From Octopus bimaculoides (Eukaryota), in contig NC_068987.1 in the NCBI RefSeq assembly GCF_001194135.2, positions 18,388,804 to 18,452,803 of the forward strand: a stretch of DNA of 64,000 bases, written 5' to 3'. Below, piece after piece: positions 37,401 through 49,500 of the stretch. Below the pieces are notes generated by a model that saw only the letters and a program-made list of their open reading frames with translations, was not told the DNA's origin and ran no database searches. The position numbers and the translations under genes were made by a program. The stretch's first letter is position 1. Each line of letters begins with the position of its first letter.

Positions 37401-39782
37401 GTGACTAAGTTGCAGTAATAAAAATTTTGACACCAAGTAGTAAACAATAAAGTTAAATTAAATTAACAGTTGTTTTATGTTTTTAAATGGCTGATATATA
37501 TCTTCTATTGTAATTGTTTTAGTTCCAACACATGGTCTCAGACCAAATCACCTGCCAGACAATTACATCTCTGAAATAGATAATATATACATACTCCATT
37601 TCTTCCTTTTTTTTTATGAAGATGTAATAGGATATATATATATGTATATATACTGTAAATTTTAGAGGTAATACTTGATAAGTGTAAGCAGCTACATATG
37701 CCGGATAGTGGCAGAGGTGAAAGAATATATTAAATGTAAATTGAAAACAGAACACAAAGGATATCACGGTACACGTGTTTCAAGCTTTATACACAAACTG
37801 TCATTATATATCTAATTAATGGGATTCTTAATAAAATGATAGTTTCCTAATTTCAAAATTAAATTTAAAAATATATATAGAAAAGTAAACAATATGGTCA
37901 TTTCAACATTCATCAACTTATCATTACTTCTTTTATTATTATTATTCATTTTTGTTTTCAATCAAAAAATATAAAATCTGAAAAACCAAATAAAATGAAT
38001 TGGAAATTTTGTTTCTTTTTTTTTTTTTTTTTTTTTTTTGGTATTATTATTGAGTACCTAAAAGGTGGCAAGCTGATAGAGTTGTTAGCATGCCAGACAA
38101 AATGCCTAGCATATTTTGTGTCTTTACATTCTGAGTTCAGATTCCACAGAGGTTGCTTTTGCCTTTTGGGGTCAATAAAATAAGTACCAGTGAAGCACTG
38201 GGGTTGATGTAAATACTGGCCTTGTGCCAAAATTTGAAACCATTATTAAGGTAGTAAGCAAGCAGAATCATTAGCAGGCTGAACAAGTGACCTGACTTTT
38301 CATCTGATGTCACTTTGTCCGATGATTTTTTTGTCCAATTTTATATAAACTCTTCAGAAAACAAGGTAAACATCAAAATCAAATAATCATTGAGAATTTT
38401 ATTGATAGGATTTGTCATTGGCCACAAAAATCATCAGACAAAAAGATGTGGACGGAAAGACGTTTGACGAAGTCATGTCGGATGAAAAGACATAGCACCA
38501 GCTGGACAAAATGCTTAGAATTATTTCGTCCATCTTTACATTCTGAGTTCAAATTCTGCTTTTCATCCTTTCAGAGTCAATAAAATAAAAACCAGTTGAG
38601 CACCGAGATTGATGATACACAGATTGCTTGCTGTCTCTCTCTCTCATGTATATAACCATTTTGTTACACATTTCTGTTGAAATATGCTGCCTTTGTTTCA
38701 ATTATGTAGAATCTATATACACAGACATGGCTATGTGGTTAAGAAGCTTGTTTCACAACCATGTGGTCTGAGTTCAGTCCCACCGCATGGTACCTTAGGC
38801 AAGTGTCTTCTATTATAACTCCAAGCTGACCAAAGCTTTGCAAATGGGTTTCATAGATGGAAACTGAACAAAGCCTGTTTTGTGCATATGTGTGTCCCAC
38901 CTCCACTCTTTGACAAATGGTGTTGGTTTGTTTACATCGCGGTAACTTCATGGTTCAACAAAAGCTTAAAAAGGAAAAAATAAGTACTGGGGCTGATTTA
39001 TTTGACCAAACCCTTCAAGGTGGTACCCCAGCATGGTTGCAGTACAATGACTAAAATAAGAAAAAAAATAAATAGATCATTTAGTAAAATAACTTTGTCA
39101 TTATCAAAGTGGTGTTTGAGACAAATTAACAAAAATGAAATTTTGCTGGAAAAGTTTTAATTTAAATCACTTCAAAACAGGAAGTTGGTATCAAAACAGT
39201 TAATCCTTAATATCTGGATGATATACATGTATCTGCAGGATTTATAAAAATGAAACAACACAAGCCATTTGTCAGTGATATTAAGCTAATATCTAATAGC
39301 AGTGGATTGATAGAACCAGAAAATACAAAATGCTGAGTTATTTAGCTGTTGATTGTTCATGCATTTAGTCAAAATCCTGCCAAAGTCAACTTTAATTTTC
39401 ATTCTTCTAGGGGTCGATAGAACAACTCTATACATCTCTCCTCCAGAAACATTTGTGGCTATGTGTCTATGTTAAAAAATTTAATACTAAACTGATACGA
39501 TATGATATGCTGATATGTTTGATCATAAATAAATAATTTTAATACATAACAAGTCGACACAGATTTATAAATGTGTCTATTATAAAAGTATCTTAGAGCA
39601 TCATGCAGCATAAACATCCTAGCAAGGCCACAATTATATTTCCATTAAAAATTTATTTAAACCACAAGCTGTAGCAGTTGTTATCCTACTAAGAGTGTAT
39701 GTTTCAGTAGCAGTCTTAATTCCATTGTTTGCAGAGTTTTCCTTTTTTCTTGCGTGTGTGTGTATGTGTGTGTGTTTCATTA

Positions 39783-39968
39783 TCACCAGAACGAATTGGA
39801 GAAATAATTAGCTGCAGTGCGTAACCAGCTTCCAGAGTAAAATCTGTTATTCGAGCTCTCGGTACGACAAACAGCTTTGTCATCAGCCAGCGGACTTTCA
39901 ACATCATCCAAATAGTCGGGCCCATCAGTACTGACATCAGTTTGGTCGCTGCTGCATGGCAATATAAC
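39783..39968 (-). CDS. ARMC1: ARMC1 terminal coding exon (VILPCSSDQ...PDYLDDVESP...GSWLRTAANYFSNSFW*)
   Basis: gtacag|GTT; 186 nt to TGA; PDYL, DKAV and WL-TAAN motifs conserved. Confidence 0.93.
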   Translation of the reverse strand, partial: VILPCSSDQTDVSTDGPDYLDDVESPLADDKAVCRTESSNNRFYSGSWLRTAANYFSNSFW

Positions 39969-42900
39969 CTGTACATTGTATAAAGAAAAAAGAAATATAT
40001 GAATATATACAGTTCTATATGGGCATATGGCGTAGTGGTTAAGAGCGCGGGCTACTAACCCCAAGGTTCCGAGTTCAATTCACGGCAGCGACCTGATTAA
40101 TAATAGTAATAATAATAATATAATAATAATAGTAACATCGTTAGGAATGAGAACCCAGGTTCGAAATTTCCCCAAGACACCTTACGAAGGCTGAAGGGTA
40201 TATCAGCCGAAACGTTGTGTTAACAACAAACAAGATGAGGAGAAATATCCGTCAAATGTAAATAATGTATATGAATATATGTCTTAATGAGAAATTTACT
40301 TAATGGATAAATGGTATTTTACACACAAGCATCTTTCTCTCTCCATATATATTATTTTACAACTAATACTCTGAAGTGCTGACAACACACACACACACAC
40401 ACACATTCATTTGTGAACACAAGGGTACAATATTTCTAGCCATCTCTTACTTTTCCCTAATACTTTTGCAGTCTTTATCCCACTCACCTATACTGATTTT
40501 CTGTCCCTGAACTCTCTTCTTCTCACTTTGAACCTTGTAGGTATACTCTGACACTTTATCACTCTTTCCAGCTCTACCTCAATTATTCTCATGATGATAA
40601 ATGGGAGTGGGAGTGACTGAGTGGCACTAGAAAGAGGTGGAAATAGTGGTGATGAGGTGTCAGGGTAGACCCTCAGTGTTTGAGATGAGTAGAAGTGGGA
40701 CACAAGGATCAGAATGGAAGTTGCAAGAGAGAGTATTGGGAAGGGGGGAGAAATGGGAAATGGATGAGGGAGTAGGTAGGTGACCTGACCACTGTAAAGA
40801 TTAGGTAGGATTGAAGGGTAGATGTATCGAATGGTGAATGATCAATGATGCAGAAATTTGGGGAGTACAAGGAGGTGGGGAAATAGAAGATGACTGACAG
40901 AGCAGAACAGCAGAATAGCAATCATTCAACGCCTGTTTTCCATGCTGGCATGAGTTGAATGGTTTGACCAGAGCTAGTAAAAAGGAGAGCTGCACTAGGT
41001 TCCAATCTGATTTGGCTTGGTCTCTACGACTGGATATCCTTCTTAATACCAACTGCTTTACAGAGTGTATTGGATGCTTTTTATGTGGCACCAGCATAGG
41101 TGCTTTTACATGGTGCCCGGCACGGGCACTACTATGTGTCACCGACACAGGTCCTTTTTATGTGGCACTGGCAAAGAGTTCTTGCTGGTCAATCCTCTTC
41201 AGCGGGGGAAGTAACATCAAACAAATATAAGGTTCTGAAAATGCCTATGTTACACTTTACCTCTTCACCAAGTTCATTTTTTACAATCTGCTGTGCTGAC
41301 ATAGTTTGAGATTTTGCTATTGCTTCAGCTAATACCTGGAAAAAAAAAGAAAAAAAAAATATGAACAAGAGTATAAATATAATACATATGACCCATGTAA
41401 CAACATGTATATATAAGAATGCCCCCACGTGCGTGTGTGCGTGTGTGTGTGTGTGTGTACAAACATTGGCAGTTTCTCTTGTGACTGTTTGTATGGATTG
41501 ATGCAGGACTGTGCCAAATGGTATGATGCTGTCAGGTAACCAACCCATGACGATTTTGAGAAACAGACATGAAATAATGATATCAATGACTAGGATTTCT
41601 ATTAAGAATGCTTAATTATAACCGTTGCAGCTTAGCCCCAAATCAACCCTGACAGAGCAAATTTATGATCAAACGGATTCCAACCATGACCTTCTTTGTT
41701 TTTTTTTCTTTTTTGTGTAGACATGATGTGTCAGTCTTTGAATGGTAGGGTATGTGGTTTGAGGGAAATTGGCTGTTGTTTCTAACAAATGAAGCAACCA
41801 TGTGGCAGTTTGTATCAAATGTAATAGTTACTATATTTAATGTTGGAACACCTGGCAACAAGAGAAAATGAGCACCATCATCACCATCCACTTTTTCCAT
41901 GTATGCATGGGTCAAAGTTTGTTCTGACAGATTTTCTACGTCTGGATGCCCTTGCTGTCACCAGCCCTCACCTGTATCCAAGCAAGGTTATGTTTTCCCC
42001 ATGACCAGACATGTTTGTTCATTTAAGAATAGAAATGAACACCACTGCTTATATGTTCATGTACAATCATGTGTTGTCAAAAGAAGGGTACACACAAAAC
42101 GCACACAACAGGTTTCTTTCAGTTTCCAATGACCAAATCCACTCACAAGGCTTTGGTCAGCCCAGAAGTATAGAAGACAGCACTCACCCAAGGTGTTGTG
42201 CAATGGTACTGAACCCAAGATCACATGGTTAAGAAGAGTCTTAACCACACTGCCATGTTTGCACCTATTACTCTGCAATATCTGTGTATAAAGTCTATTC
42301 TCCATGCTGGCATGGGTTGGACTGTCTAACAGGAACCACCAAGCCAGAGAAGTGTGTTGAGCTCCAATGTCAGCTTTGACATAGTTTGTATGTCTGAATA
42401 TCCTTCTTAACACTGACCACTTTACAAAGAGTACAAGGTGTACTGTCACCAAGTAACACACAAGGCAAGACCTTTTGACCGAGTGGGGTTATAGTATTGA
42501 GAGAGGTGGCTTTACATCAGGTGTTATGGGGGTTAAGGTATTACAGGAGGACAAACGTGTGTTTGTGTGTGATCAAAACTGCAAAACACACATCTGTATC
42601 ATATTTGTGTGTGTGTTGGCACTCAGTCGCTTACAACGTAGAGGGTTCCAGTTGATCCGATCAACGGAACAGCCTGCTCGTGAAATTAACGTGCAAGCGG
42701 CTGAGCACTCCACAGACACGTGTACCCTTAACGTAGTTCTTGGGGATATTCAGCGTGACACAGTGTGACAAGGCTGGCCCTTTGAATTACAGGCACAACA
42801 GAAACAGGAATTAAGAGTGAGAGAAAGTTGTGGTGAAAGAGTACAGCAGGGTTCGCCACCATCCCCTGCCAGAGCCTCGTGGTGCTTTAGGTGTTTTCGC

Positions 42901-45900
42901 TCAATAAACACTCACAACGCCCGGTCTGGGAATCGAAACAGCGATCCTATGACCGCGAGTCCGCTGCCCTAACCACTGGGCCATTGCGCCTCCACTGTAT
43001 CAGATTAGAAAGAAATGAATCAATTTAAACTGCTCACCTCAGGTTGTACTTTTGAAAGAGTCCTCACGGTGCAACGGGATTTGTTCATATCAAAGATTAT
43101 GCTGATGACACCTTTAACTTTGATAAGGAGACAGGTACATAATTCACGATCATGCTGTAAATTAGAAAACAAAAGCAGGAGTCAACTGAAATACCTTCGT
43201 TTACATATTTAACCCTTCTGGAGAGTTATGGGCAATCACTTTCACCCAACCAAATCCATAAGAAACTAACAAAAACTCCTCAAACTTACCTTATCAAAAA
43301 GTCCTTTTAATTGGAACAGTATTGTTTTGTATTTACTGTTGTGAGTACTAGAAGAATGATCAGTTTTGGATAGATTACTTCTTCTGAAAAATAAAATTTA
43401 CCAAAACTATTTAAGAAGTTTCAAAGGATTTCAATTTTTCTTTAATATTTGTTAGTTTATGGTTTCTTCCACAATTACAGCTCGAATTTTGATCAACTTG
43501 ATTGTACAGTGGGCTGTTATATAAATGTTATGTTCTTCATGATAAAAGTAGGAAATTCCCAGCTATAATTAACCCTTTTGATACCAACCCACATGAGGGC
43601 ACCACTTAGTTCTATGATAATATCCTTCCTATTTTAAAATGGCTTCTATCATGGTAATTTATGTTGCAGACACCAGCTTAATAATGGCAATGTTATTTTA
43701 CAAAATTCTTCAGTATTTTCAAAATGAATTGAAACAAAGGCAGCGTATCAGGAACAGTTTTAGAAGTAGTAAAAATAAAAAAAGAAAGGTATATCATGAA
43801 AAATCAGACCACAGAAATTAATTAACACTAAATACCTGTTATTTTTAGGAGTTTGATAAATATTAGTTTTAGCAGGGTTGACAACAGGAGTGTTCTGTAG
43901 AGCTTCATATAGCTTCATAGCTTTATTACAAATATCTTCATTTGGAGATCTATATAAATATATATAGAGAGAAAGATAAGATAAAATAAATTATATAATA
44001 AAACAAAGATAATGGTGATAATGTTGATTTATATATATATATATATACAAGGGGGTGCCGAAAAGTTCCTGACTCTGGATAAAAGAAAATACAGGAGGAT
44101 CAGTTATGATTTTATTCAATATATCTCCCTCTCAGATTCACACACTTATTGCAGCAGTCCTTCAGTTTTTCTAAGCCCTGTAAAAGAACTGAGAAGGTTG
44201 GGCATCCAGCCAAGTCTTTCACAATACTCTTAAAGCCAGCACCCCTCATATATTTGGAATGGTGCTCAAAGCAGATAAATCCTTTTCTATCCAAAGGGTC
44301 TTTTAACTCAATATTTACATGCTAATCTCAAAAACGTACCTGGAAGCCAATAAATAACGAAGTAGAAAGATCAAATAAAATACATGTGAAAATATGTACA
44401 AACTATTTATTAAAACAGATATAAGCTAATAATTTTAAAAAATGCTTTTGCATGTTACATTGTTTATTTGAGTAGGGTCATATGTCTTGGAACCAATTGA
44501 GGTATACCTATATACTGTCAACTTGTATGCTGGAAAATATGATAAATAAGGGAGATGGAAAGGATTGGTAGAAAACAAAAAACAACGACAAAAGGATGAA
44601 ATATGAGAAATTGGTAAAGTGTGTAAAAGAATCTTACTGGAGGATTTCTTCAAGTTGCATTTGAAGGTAATTATTCTCAATGAGTTGGGTTCTACCTTCT
44701 GGACATTCCGATAACAGAAGAAAGATCTAGAAACAGAAGAGCAATAATGATATTAGAACTGATACAACATAATCATCATTTAACGTCTGTTGTCCATGCT
44801 GGCGTGGGTTGGACAGTTTGACTGGACTGGCACACTAGAAGGCTGCACCAGGCTCCTGTCTGATTTGGCATAGTTTTCTATGGCTGGATGCCCTTCCTAA
44901 CACTAGCCACTCCGAGTGTGTAATGGGTTCTTTTATGTGCCACCGGTATCTACCATGACTACGATTTTACTCAGCTTGAAGAGTTTTCTTCTCAAGCATG
45001 ACATAATGCCAAAGGTCTTGGTCATTGCCTCCTTGAGGCCCAATACACGAAAGGAGCTTGACCACTTTGCCTCCATGAAACCCAATGCTCGAAAGGAACT
45101 CAGCTACTTTGCCTCCATGAGGCCCAGAGAAGATAATTAACTCAATGATGATGGTGACGATTTTGTTATAGGACTCTTCATCTCTGCAAAGCAATTCACC
45201 TAAGAGAAGGCTACTCCAGTGTCGGATCTACAGCTTGCTGGTCATCACAGCTGTCTAAGTCCACTGAGCCATTGTGGTCAAACCTCCAGGTCTATAGAGT
45301 GGGATGAGATTGCATGGACTGGCTCTCACTTTAAAACTACAAACACAAGCAAGAAGAAAAGTCCTGCAGCATTAAAAAACAAGTTACATAGCCACTTAAG
45401 GGTGTGTCACTCTTCTTAATATTTGGACATGTAGAACTGCCATCTTCACATTATCCAGATCATTATTTTTTAAAAGAATAGTTGAGTCTATCTGGCTTTT
45501 AAGTGTATTTTATTTGAGTGCTATGTAGTTTCCTTCAACTCCATCTATCATTAATTTTCATTCTGTTTACATACACAATTTTGAAATATTTGTCATTAAA
45601 ACCAGATACATACAGCATACTTGTTTCTTTAGAACCAATGGTAGAATCAACTACACTATTCTAATATATCTGAAAACTGAAAGATAGGTTGATACATACA
45701 GCAACCCTAAACATAAATGGATCAAAAAGGATAGTGAAATTATAGGCGAGAGCCTATAACCCAGAGCACAGTCAAGACTGCAACCACATATTTAAGTAGA
45801 TCAAACACTTGAAAAAAGTTTCACATTTTGACTCAATGTTATGATATGCTAAACAGGAAATCCAGTATGTTGACAGCATGCAGGCATATGAAGAAATCCT

Positions 45901-48900
45901 AGAAATGTTCAGTTATATACCAGGTAAACATCTCCACAATCACTTGAACATTGGAGAGAGAGAGAGAGGAGAAGGTAGACGGATGAAATCAACTGACCTC
46001 CAATGTTGATATTATCACAGTTTCTGATTCATTGCTAAGTAGAAGAACAAGTCCATCAATCAATGTTTTGTCCTATATAGAAATATAATGAAGAAAATAA
46101 GTTCTGGAAACGACATTTTCAGACTTCATTTAATGACAGACATAGAAAAAAAGCAAAATTAACAAAACACAATGTCACCAATCATCAACATCATGGGTTA
46201 ACCCAAATTAAAGATATACCCAAGCTCAACAGTATGGCATTCATAACCATTTGGCCCCTTATTTTTTAAAGACATATCTACTTAGGACTATATTATCCAA
46301 TGCAACCTCTATTTTATTAAAAAAAAAAAAAAAAAAAAAAAAGGCAGGTGTGATTTAAGGGAGACTTAGCGAAGGTTGAAGGACTACACAGAGGATCTTG
46401 TTGGCTCATCAAATGTAAAATAAATACAGTAGTTCATTTATTAAAATATCTCATCCTAACTCTTTAGTGATCAGATTATGTACTGGTGGCACATAAAAGG
46501 CACCCAGTACACACTGTTAAGTGGTTGGCATTATGAAGGGCATCCATCCATAGAAACCATACCTCAACAGACAACTGTAGTCTGGACAGCTCCCTGCTAG
46601 CCAGCTCCATGTCAAGCCAACCGATCCATGCCAGCATGAAAGATGGACGTTAAATGATGTCACTAACCTTTACCTGTAGGGAATATTTTATTTTACATGG
46701 CTTTGAAAGCACAAAGCTAACAGATAACTTGTTGACAAGAAGCAACAGAAACATACATGTATATAAGTGTGTGTATGTGTCTTTTGTCTAGATATTACCT
46801 GCTACTTGTGAAAATGTGTCTAGTCATTGTGCTGTTCACATTCAAAGTACTTGCTTGGAAAACAGGTGAGGATTGGTGACAGGAAGAACATCCAGCCACA
46901 GAAAATCTACCTCAACAAATTTTGTCTGACCCATGCAAGTATGGAAAAGTGGATACTAAAACAATGATGATATGATAATGATGATGAACTACAACAAAAT
47001 TTATTTTTAAGCTGCCTCCTTAAATCAATCCCCTTCTTCAAAATCTCTATGCTTCCCTTTTACTATTTATTTATTAATTCATTTATTTTATAACCAGGGT
47101 TTGTAAATAAAAGGAGCTGATGGTTACAAGCCAATCACCGACTCATTACATTTCTATGTGCCGGTGGCACGTAAAAGCACCCACTACACTCTCGGAGTGG
47201 TTGGCGTTAGGAAGGGCATCCAGCTGTAGAAACTCTGCTAGATCAGATTGGAGCCTGGTACAGCCATCTGGTTCGCCAGTCCTCAGTCAAATCGTGCAAC
47301 CCATGCTAGCATGGAAAGCGGACGTTAAACGATGATGATGTGACAAAGGAGTGTTCTCATCATCAGAAATGTGGAGACATGAAATGAAGGCGATTTGGCA
47401 ACAATTTCAAAAGGTCAGACAACACATGTGGTATGTTAAAACTAGCTACATATGCTAGAAATAGTAGTCAAATCTCTACCCTAAAAAAATTGGAAGAACA
47501 CATGAAAATATGGTTCAAGAAAACACAATGATCGTGTTTGGGAGGTCTCTGATAAGTTTGTCAGATTAAGACAGATACAGGGTTAAACAAATTCATACAA
47601 ATACCATCACGCCAAGTAAAATCAGTCATGGCAGATACTGGTATCATGCAAATGGCACCTGTGCTGGTGGCACATAAAAGCACCCATTACACTCTCAGAG
47701 TGATTGGCATTAGGAAGGGCATCCAGCTGTAGAAACCATCCCAAATCAGACTGGAGTTTGGTGCAGCCTTCCAGCTCGCCAGCCCTGGTGAAACCATCCA
47801 ACTCATGCCAGTATGGACAACGGATGTTAAATGATGATGATGATGATAATGACTAAAATTTGCAGGGCTATCTCCCACATAATATTAAACAATTTGAGAG
47901 ATTCAAAGATCACAAACCAAATGACTGATAGTTCTCATGTTATTGAGAGAATATACACAACCAGTCTTAATGGTTCAGTCTGCTTAGCTGTGGGTAGGTG
48001 GCACCAAGTACTTCATCCCATTAAGACATGAAGAATGACCTCAGGACACTGAAACTTTCAGGCAAGATGACAGGGGACGGAGATGCCCGATGCCTTGCTG
48101 TACTCCGGTTCCTCTGGTGGTGAAAGCACTCATGGCTGTAAAGTGGTTGGCATTAGGAAGGGCATTCAGCTATAGAAACTGTTGTATTTCCCTCGGGTGA
48201 CTCGCAGAGATAACACAACGAGTTATACAAATTTAATTATTACATTTATTATTCAAACGCACTCACCCAATGTTCGTTATGAATAAACAAAAGTCATATA
48301 TATCTCAATGACATTTTACTACAACAGTCCCACAAGACAACAACAATGAAACAATGAACTCAGACGAACCACATTGACACACGGAACGTCAGACGAATTA
48401 TATATCTAACAGTCCATATAACAGAAACCATGCCAAGTCAGACTGAAGTCTGGTGCAGCTCCCCAGCTTTGGTCAAACCATCCAACAACCCATGCCAGCA
48501 AAGGACAACAGACATTAAATGATGATGATGTCACTGAACTAACATACACTTCCAATCTTAAATGGTCCAATCCATTAAGGTGGGGATGACACAGAGTAGG
48601 AACACCAGAGAATAAAAAATACTAATTTTAAATGGTCCAGTCCATTTAGTTGTGAATAGAACAGAGTAGGACAAATGCAGTTTATGTCACTGAAGGAAAT
48701 ATAAATGGTCCAGTATATTAACTTGTAGGTAAGACAGTAAAATTCCAATGCTTATTAGAAATGGTAACACCAAAAAATTTACAAATGCTTTGGTTACTTG
48801 TAGTGCCAAATTCAACTTTTCCATGGGTACAGCCTGGAGAGATATGAACTCTACCAAACCGACTTACTTTATAACAGGCATTATATAAAAATTAAATTCT

Positions 48901-49206
48901 CAATAGTTCCTTTACAACTCAAAATACATAACCGGGTTGCTTTCAATTGTATCTGCTTCATTATGACAGTGGGGTTAAACAAAAACATAATAAAAAATAA
49001 AGAAGCGTCTGTGCAGTTGCTTGACCTGCTAGAAATAGCAGTTAAATCTCTCGCAGAGCACATCTTAACAAAAAAGGCGGAATAACTCATGAGACTGAGA
49101 AGATAATTAAATAACAAGAGATAGACTGTACCTGGAGGAGCATACTTCTCTGTTTAGGGTCAACAGCAAATAATTTCAGAGAATCGAGAGAGTCGAGGGA
49201 GATCAT
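39783..49206 (-). CDS. ARMC1: Armadillo repeat-containing protein 1, complete CDS, 8 coding exons (825 nt, 274 aa)
   Basis: Exons 49206-49132, 46072-45998, 44726-44638, 43949-43836, 43383-43290, 43154-43038, 41335-41261, 39968-39783 join in frame (phases 0,0,2,2,0,0,0), all GT-AG. Collinear with recalled human ARMC1: KVKGVISIIFDM vs KIKGVISFTFQM; SAQQIVKNELGEE vs KAQQVVKSESGEE; SWLRTAANYFSNSFW vs SWLSTAANFLSRSFYW. Confidence 0.95.
40021..40275 (+). mobile_element. tRNA-derived SINE (tRNA-like head, (AAT)n linker, hammerhead-bearing tail) in last ARMC1 intron, antisense
   Basis: A-box TGGCGTAGTGG and B-box-like GAGTTCAATTC with an anticodon-like arm, but no acceptor-stem pairing. Confidence 0.75.
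40176..40221 (+). ncRNA. Penelope-type minimal hammerhead ribozyme motif in a SINE tail
   Basis: GACAC-CTTACGA-A-GGCTG(AAGGGTATAT)CAGCC-GAAAC-GTT-GTGTT: one mismatch to CUGANGA, perfect 5-bp stem II, palindromic AACGTT. Confidence 0.65.
41261..41335 (-). CDS. ARMC1: ARMC1 coding exon 7 (VLAEAIAKSQTMSAQQIVKNELGEE)
   Basis: ttttccag|GTA...GAG|gtaaag; 75 nt. Confidence 0.93.
42615..42993 (-). mobile_element. Full-length tRNA-derived SINE family D; related copies ~11150-11465, 21600-21890, 49832-50160
   Basis: Minus strand starts GGAGGCGCAATGGCCCAGTGGTTAGGGCAGCGGACTCGCGG...GTTTCGATTCCC (A/B boxes); body shared with other copies. Confidence 0.85.
43038..43154 (-). CDS. ARMC1: ARMC1 coding exon 6 (HDRELCTCLLIKVKGVISIIFDMNKSRCTVRTLSKVQPE)
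   Basis: tttacag|CAT...GAG|gtgagc; 117 nt; HMA-like domain core. Confidence 0.93.
43290..43383 (-). CDS. ARMC1: ARMC1 coding exon 5 (RSNLSKTDHSSSTHNSKYKTILFQLKGLFDK)
   Basis: ttttcag|A...AAG|gtaagt; 94 nt, phase 2-0; aligns to KRAKTVVLHIDGLDD. Confidence 0.88.
43836..43949 (-). CDS. ARMC1: ARMC1 coding exon 4 (SPNEDICNKAMKLYEALQNTPVVNPAK...)
   Basis: atatag|A...AG|gtattt; 114 nt, phase 2-2; LYEALQ aligns to IYDILQ. Confidence 0.82.
44048..44248 (-). mobile_element. Internally deleted mariner element in ARMC1 intron
   Basis: TA-flanked TIRs CAAGGGGGTGC / GCACCCCTCA (CpG-decayed CGAGGGG); minus strand encodes the mariner C-terminus QGLEKLKDCCNKCVNLRGRYIE*. Confidence 0.75.
44638..44726 (-). 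CDS. ARMC1: ARMC1 coding exon 3 (IFLLLSECPEGRTQLIENNYLQMQLEEIL)
   Basis: tttctag|ATC...CA|gtaaga; 89 nt, phase 0-2; aligns to ALRYLAECRANREKMK. Confidence 0.88.
45998..46072 (-). CDS. ARMC1: ARMC1 coding exon 2 (DKTLIDGLVLLLSNESETVIISTLE)
   Basis: atatag|GAC...GAG|gtcagt; 75 nt; aligns to [25 protein letters not shown]. Confidence 0.88.
48180..48423 (-). mobile_element. Solo LTR (244 bp) inserted into a family-C SINE in an ARMC1 intron
   Basis: TGTTGTAT...ATATAACA termini, perfect 5-bp TSD GAAAC (48175-48179, 48424-48428). Removing it restores the host SINE. TATA-like motif then AATAAA on the minus strand. Confidence 0.85.
49132..49206 (-). CDS. ARMC1: ARMC1 coding exon 1 (MISLDSLDSLKLFAVDPKQRSMLLQ)
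   Basis: Acceptor tttcag ending 49220 (exon starts 49219 with 13 nt UTR), ATG at 49206, donor CAG|gtacag; resembles human LAADPLNRRAIVQ. Confidence 0.85.
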
Positions 49207-49312
49207 TTTGGTAGTTTTTCTGAAATGTATTGCAGAATTAAGGATACTTTTGATTTCACTATCATATAATAGATTTGAAGAAGGTGAATACCAAAGCATA
49301 CAATAGTACCAA

Positions 49313-49500
49313 TAGTTAGTTAGTCTACATTACTCCATGAGAAGCATAGGGCTGCAACCATTTCATGCCAGTAAATGCTATCTTGGGTTAGCTCTTTGAT
49401 TTCAGACCAAGAGAGATCAGTTGCCATCACTTCATCCTACACACATCCTTTCCAGGTCTTCGTAGATTATCTAGTTTTCCTCTTTCTTAGTAAACATGGA
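49313..49500 (-). mobile_element. RTE-clade LINE 3' end fragment
   Basis: Minus-strand translation KRKTR*STKTWKGCV*DEVMATDLSWSEIKELTQDSIYWHEMVAALCFSWS resembles the RTE ORF C-terminus; followed by a (TAAC)n tail. Confidence 0.5.

Noticed and set aside
40021-40095. Possible tRNA gene
   Set aside because: A/B boxes and an anticodon-like arm are present, but the acceptor stem does not pair and a SINE body follows.
44985-45135. Three 42-bp in-frame repeats (FASMKPNARKELSY-like) in ORF 44916-45140
   Set aside because: Directly follows a family-C SINE fragment in an ARMC1 intron; no splice signals or protein similarity.
41261-49206. Three ARMC1 coding segments of exactly 75 nt
   Set aside because: No sequence similarity among them; best explained as coincidence.
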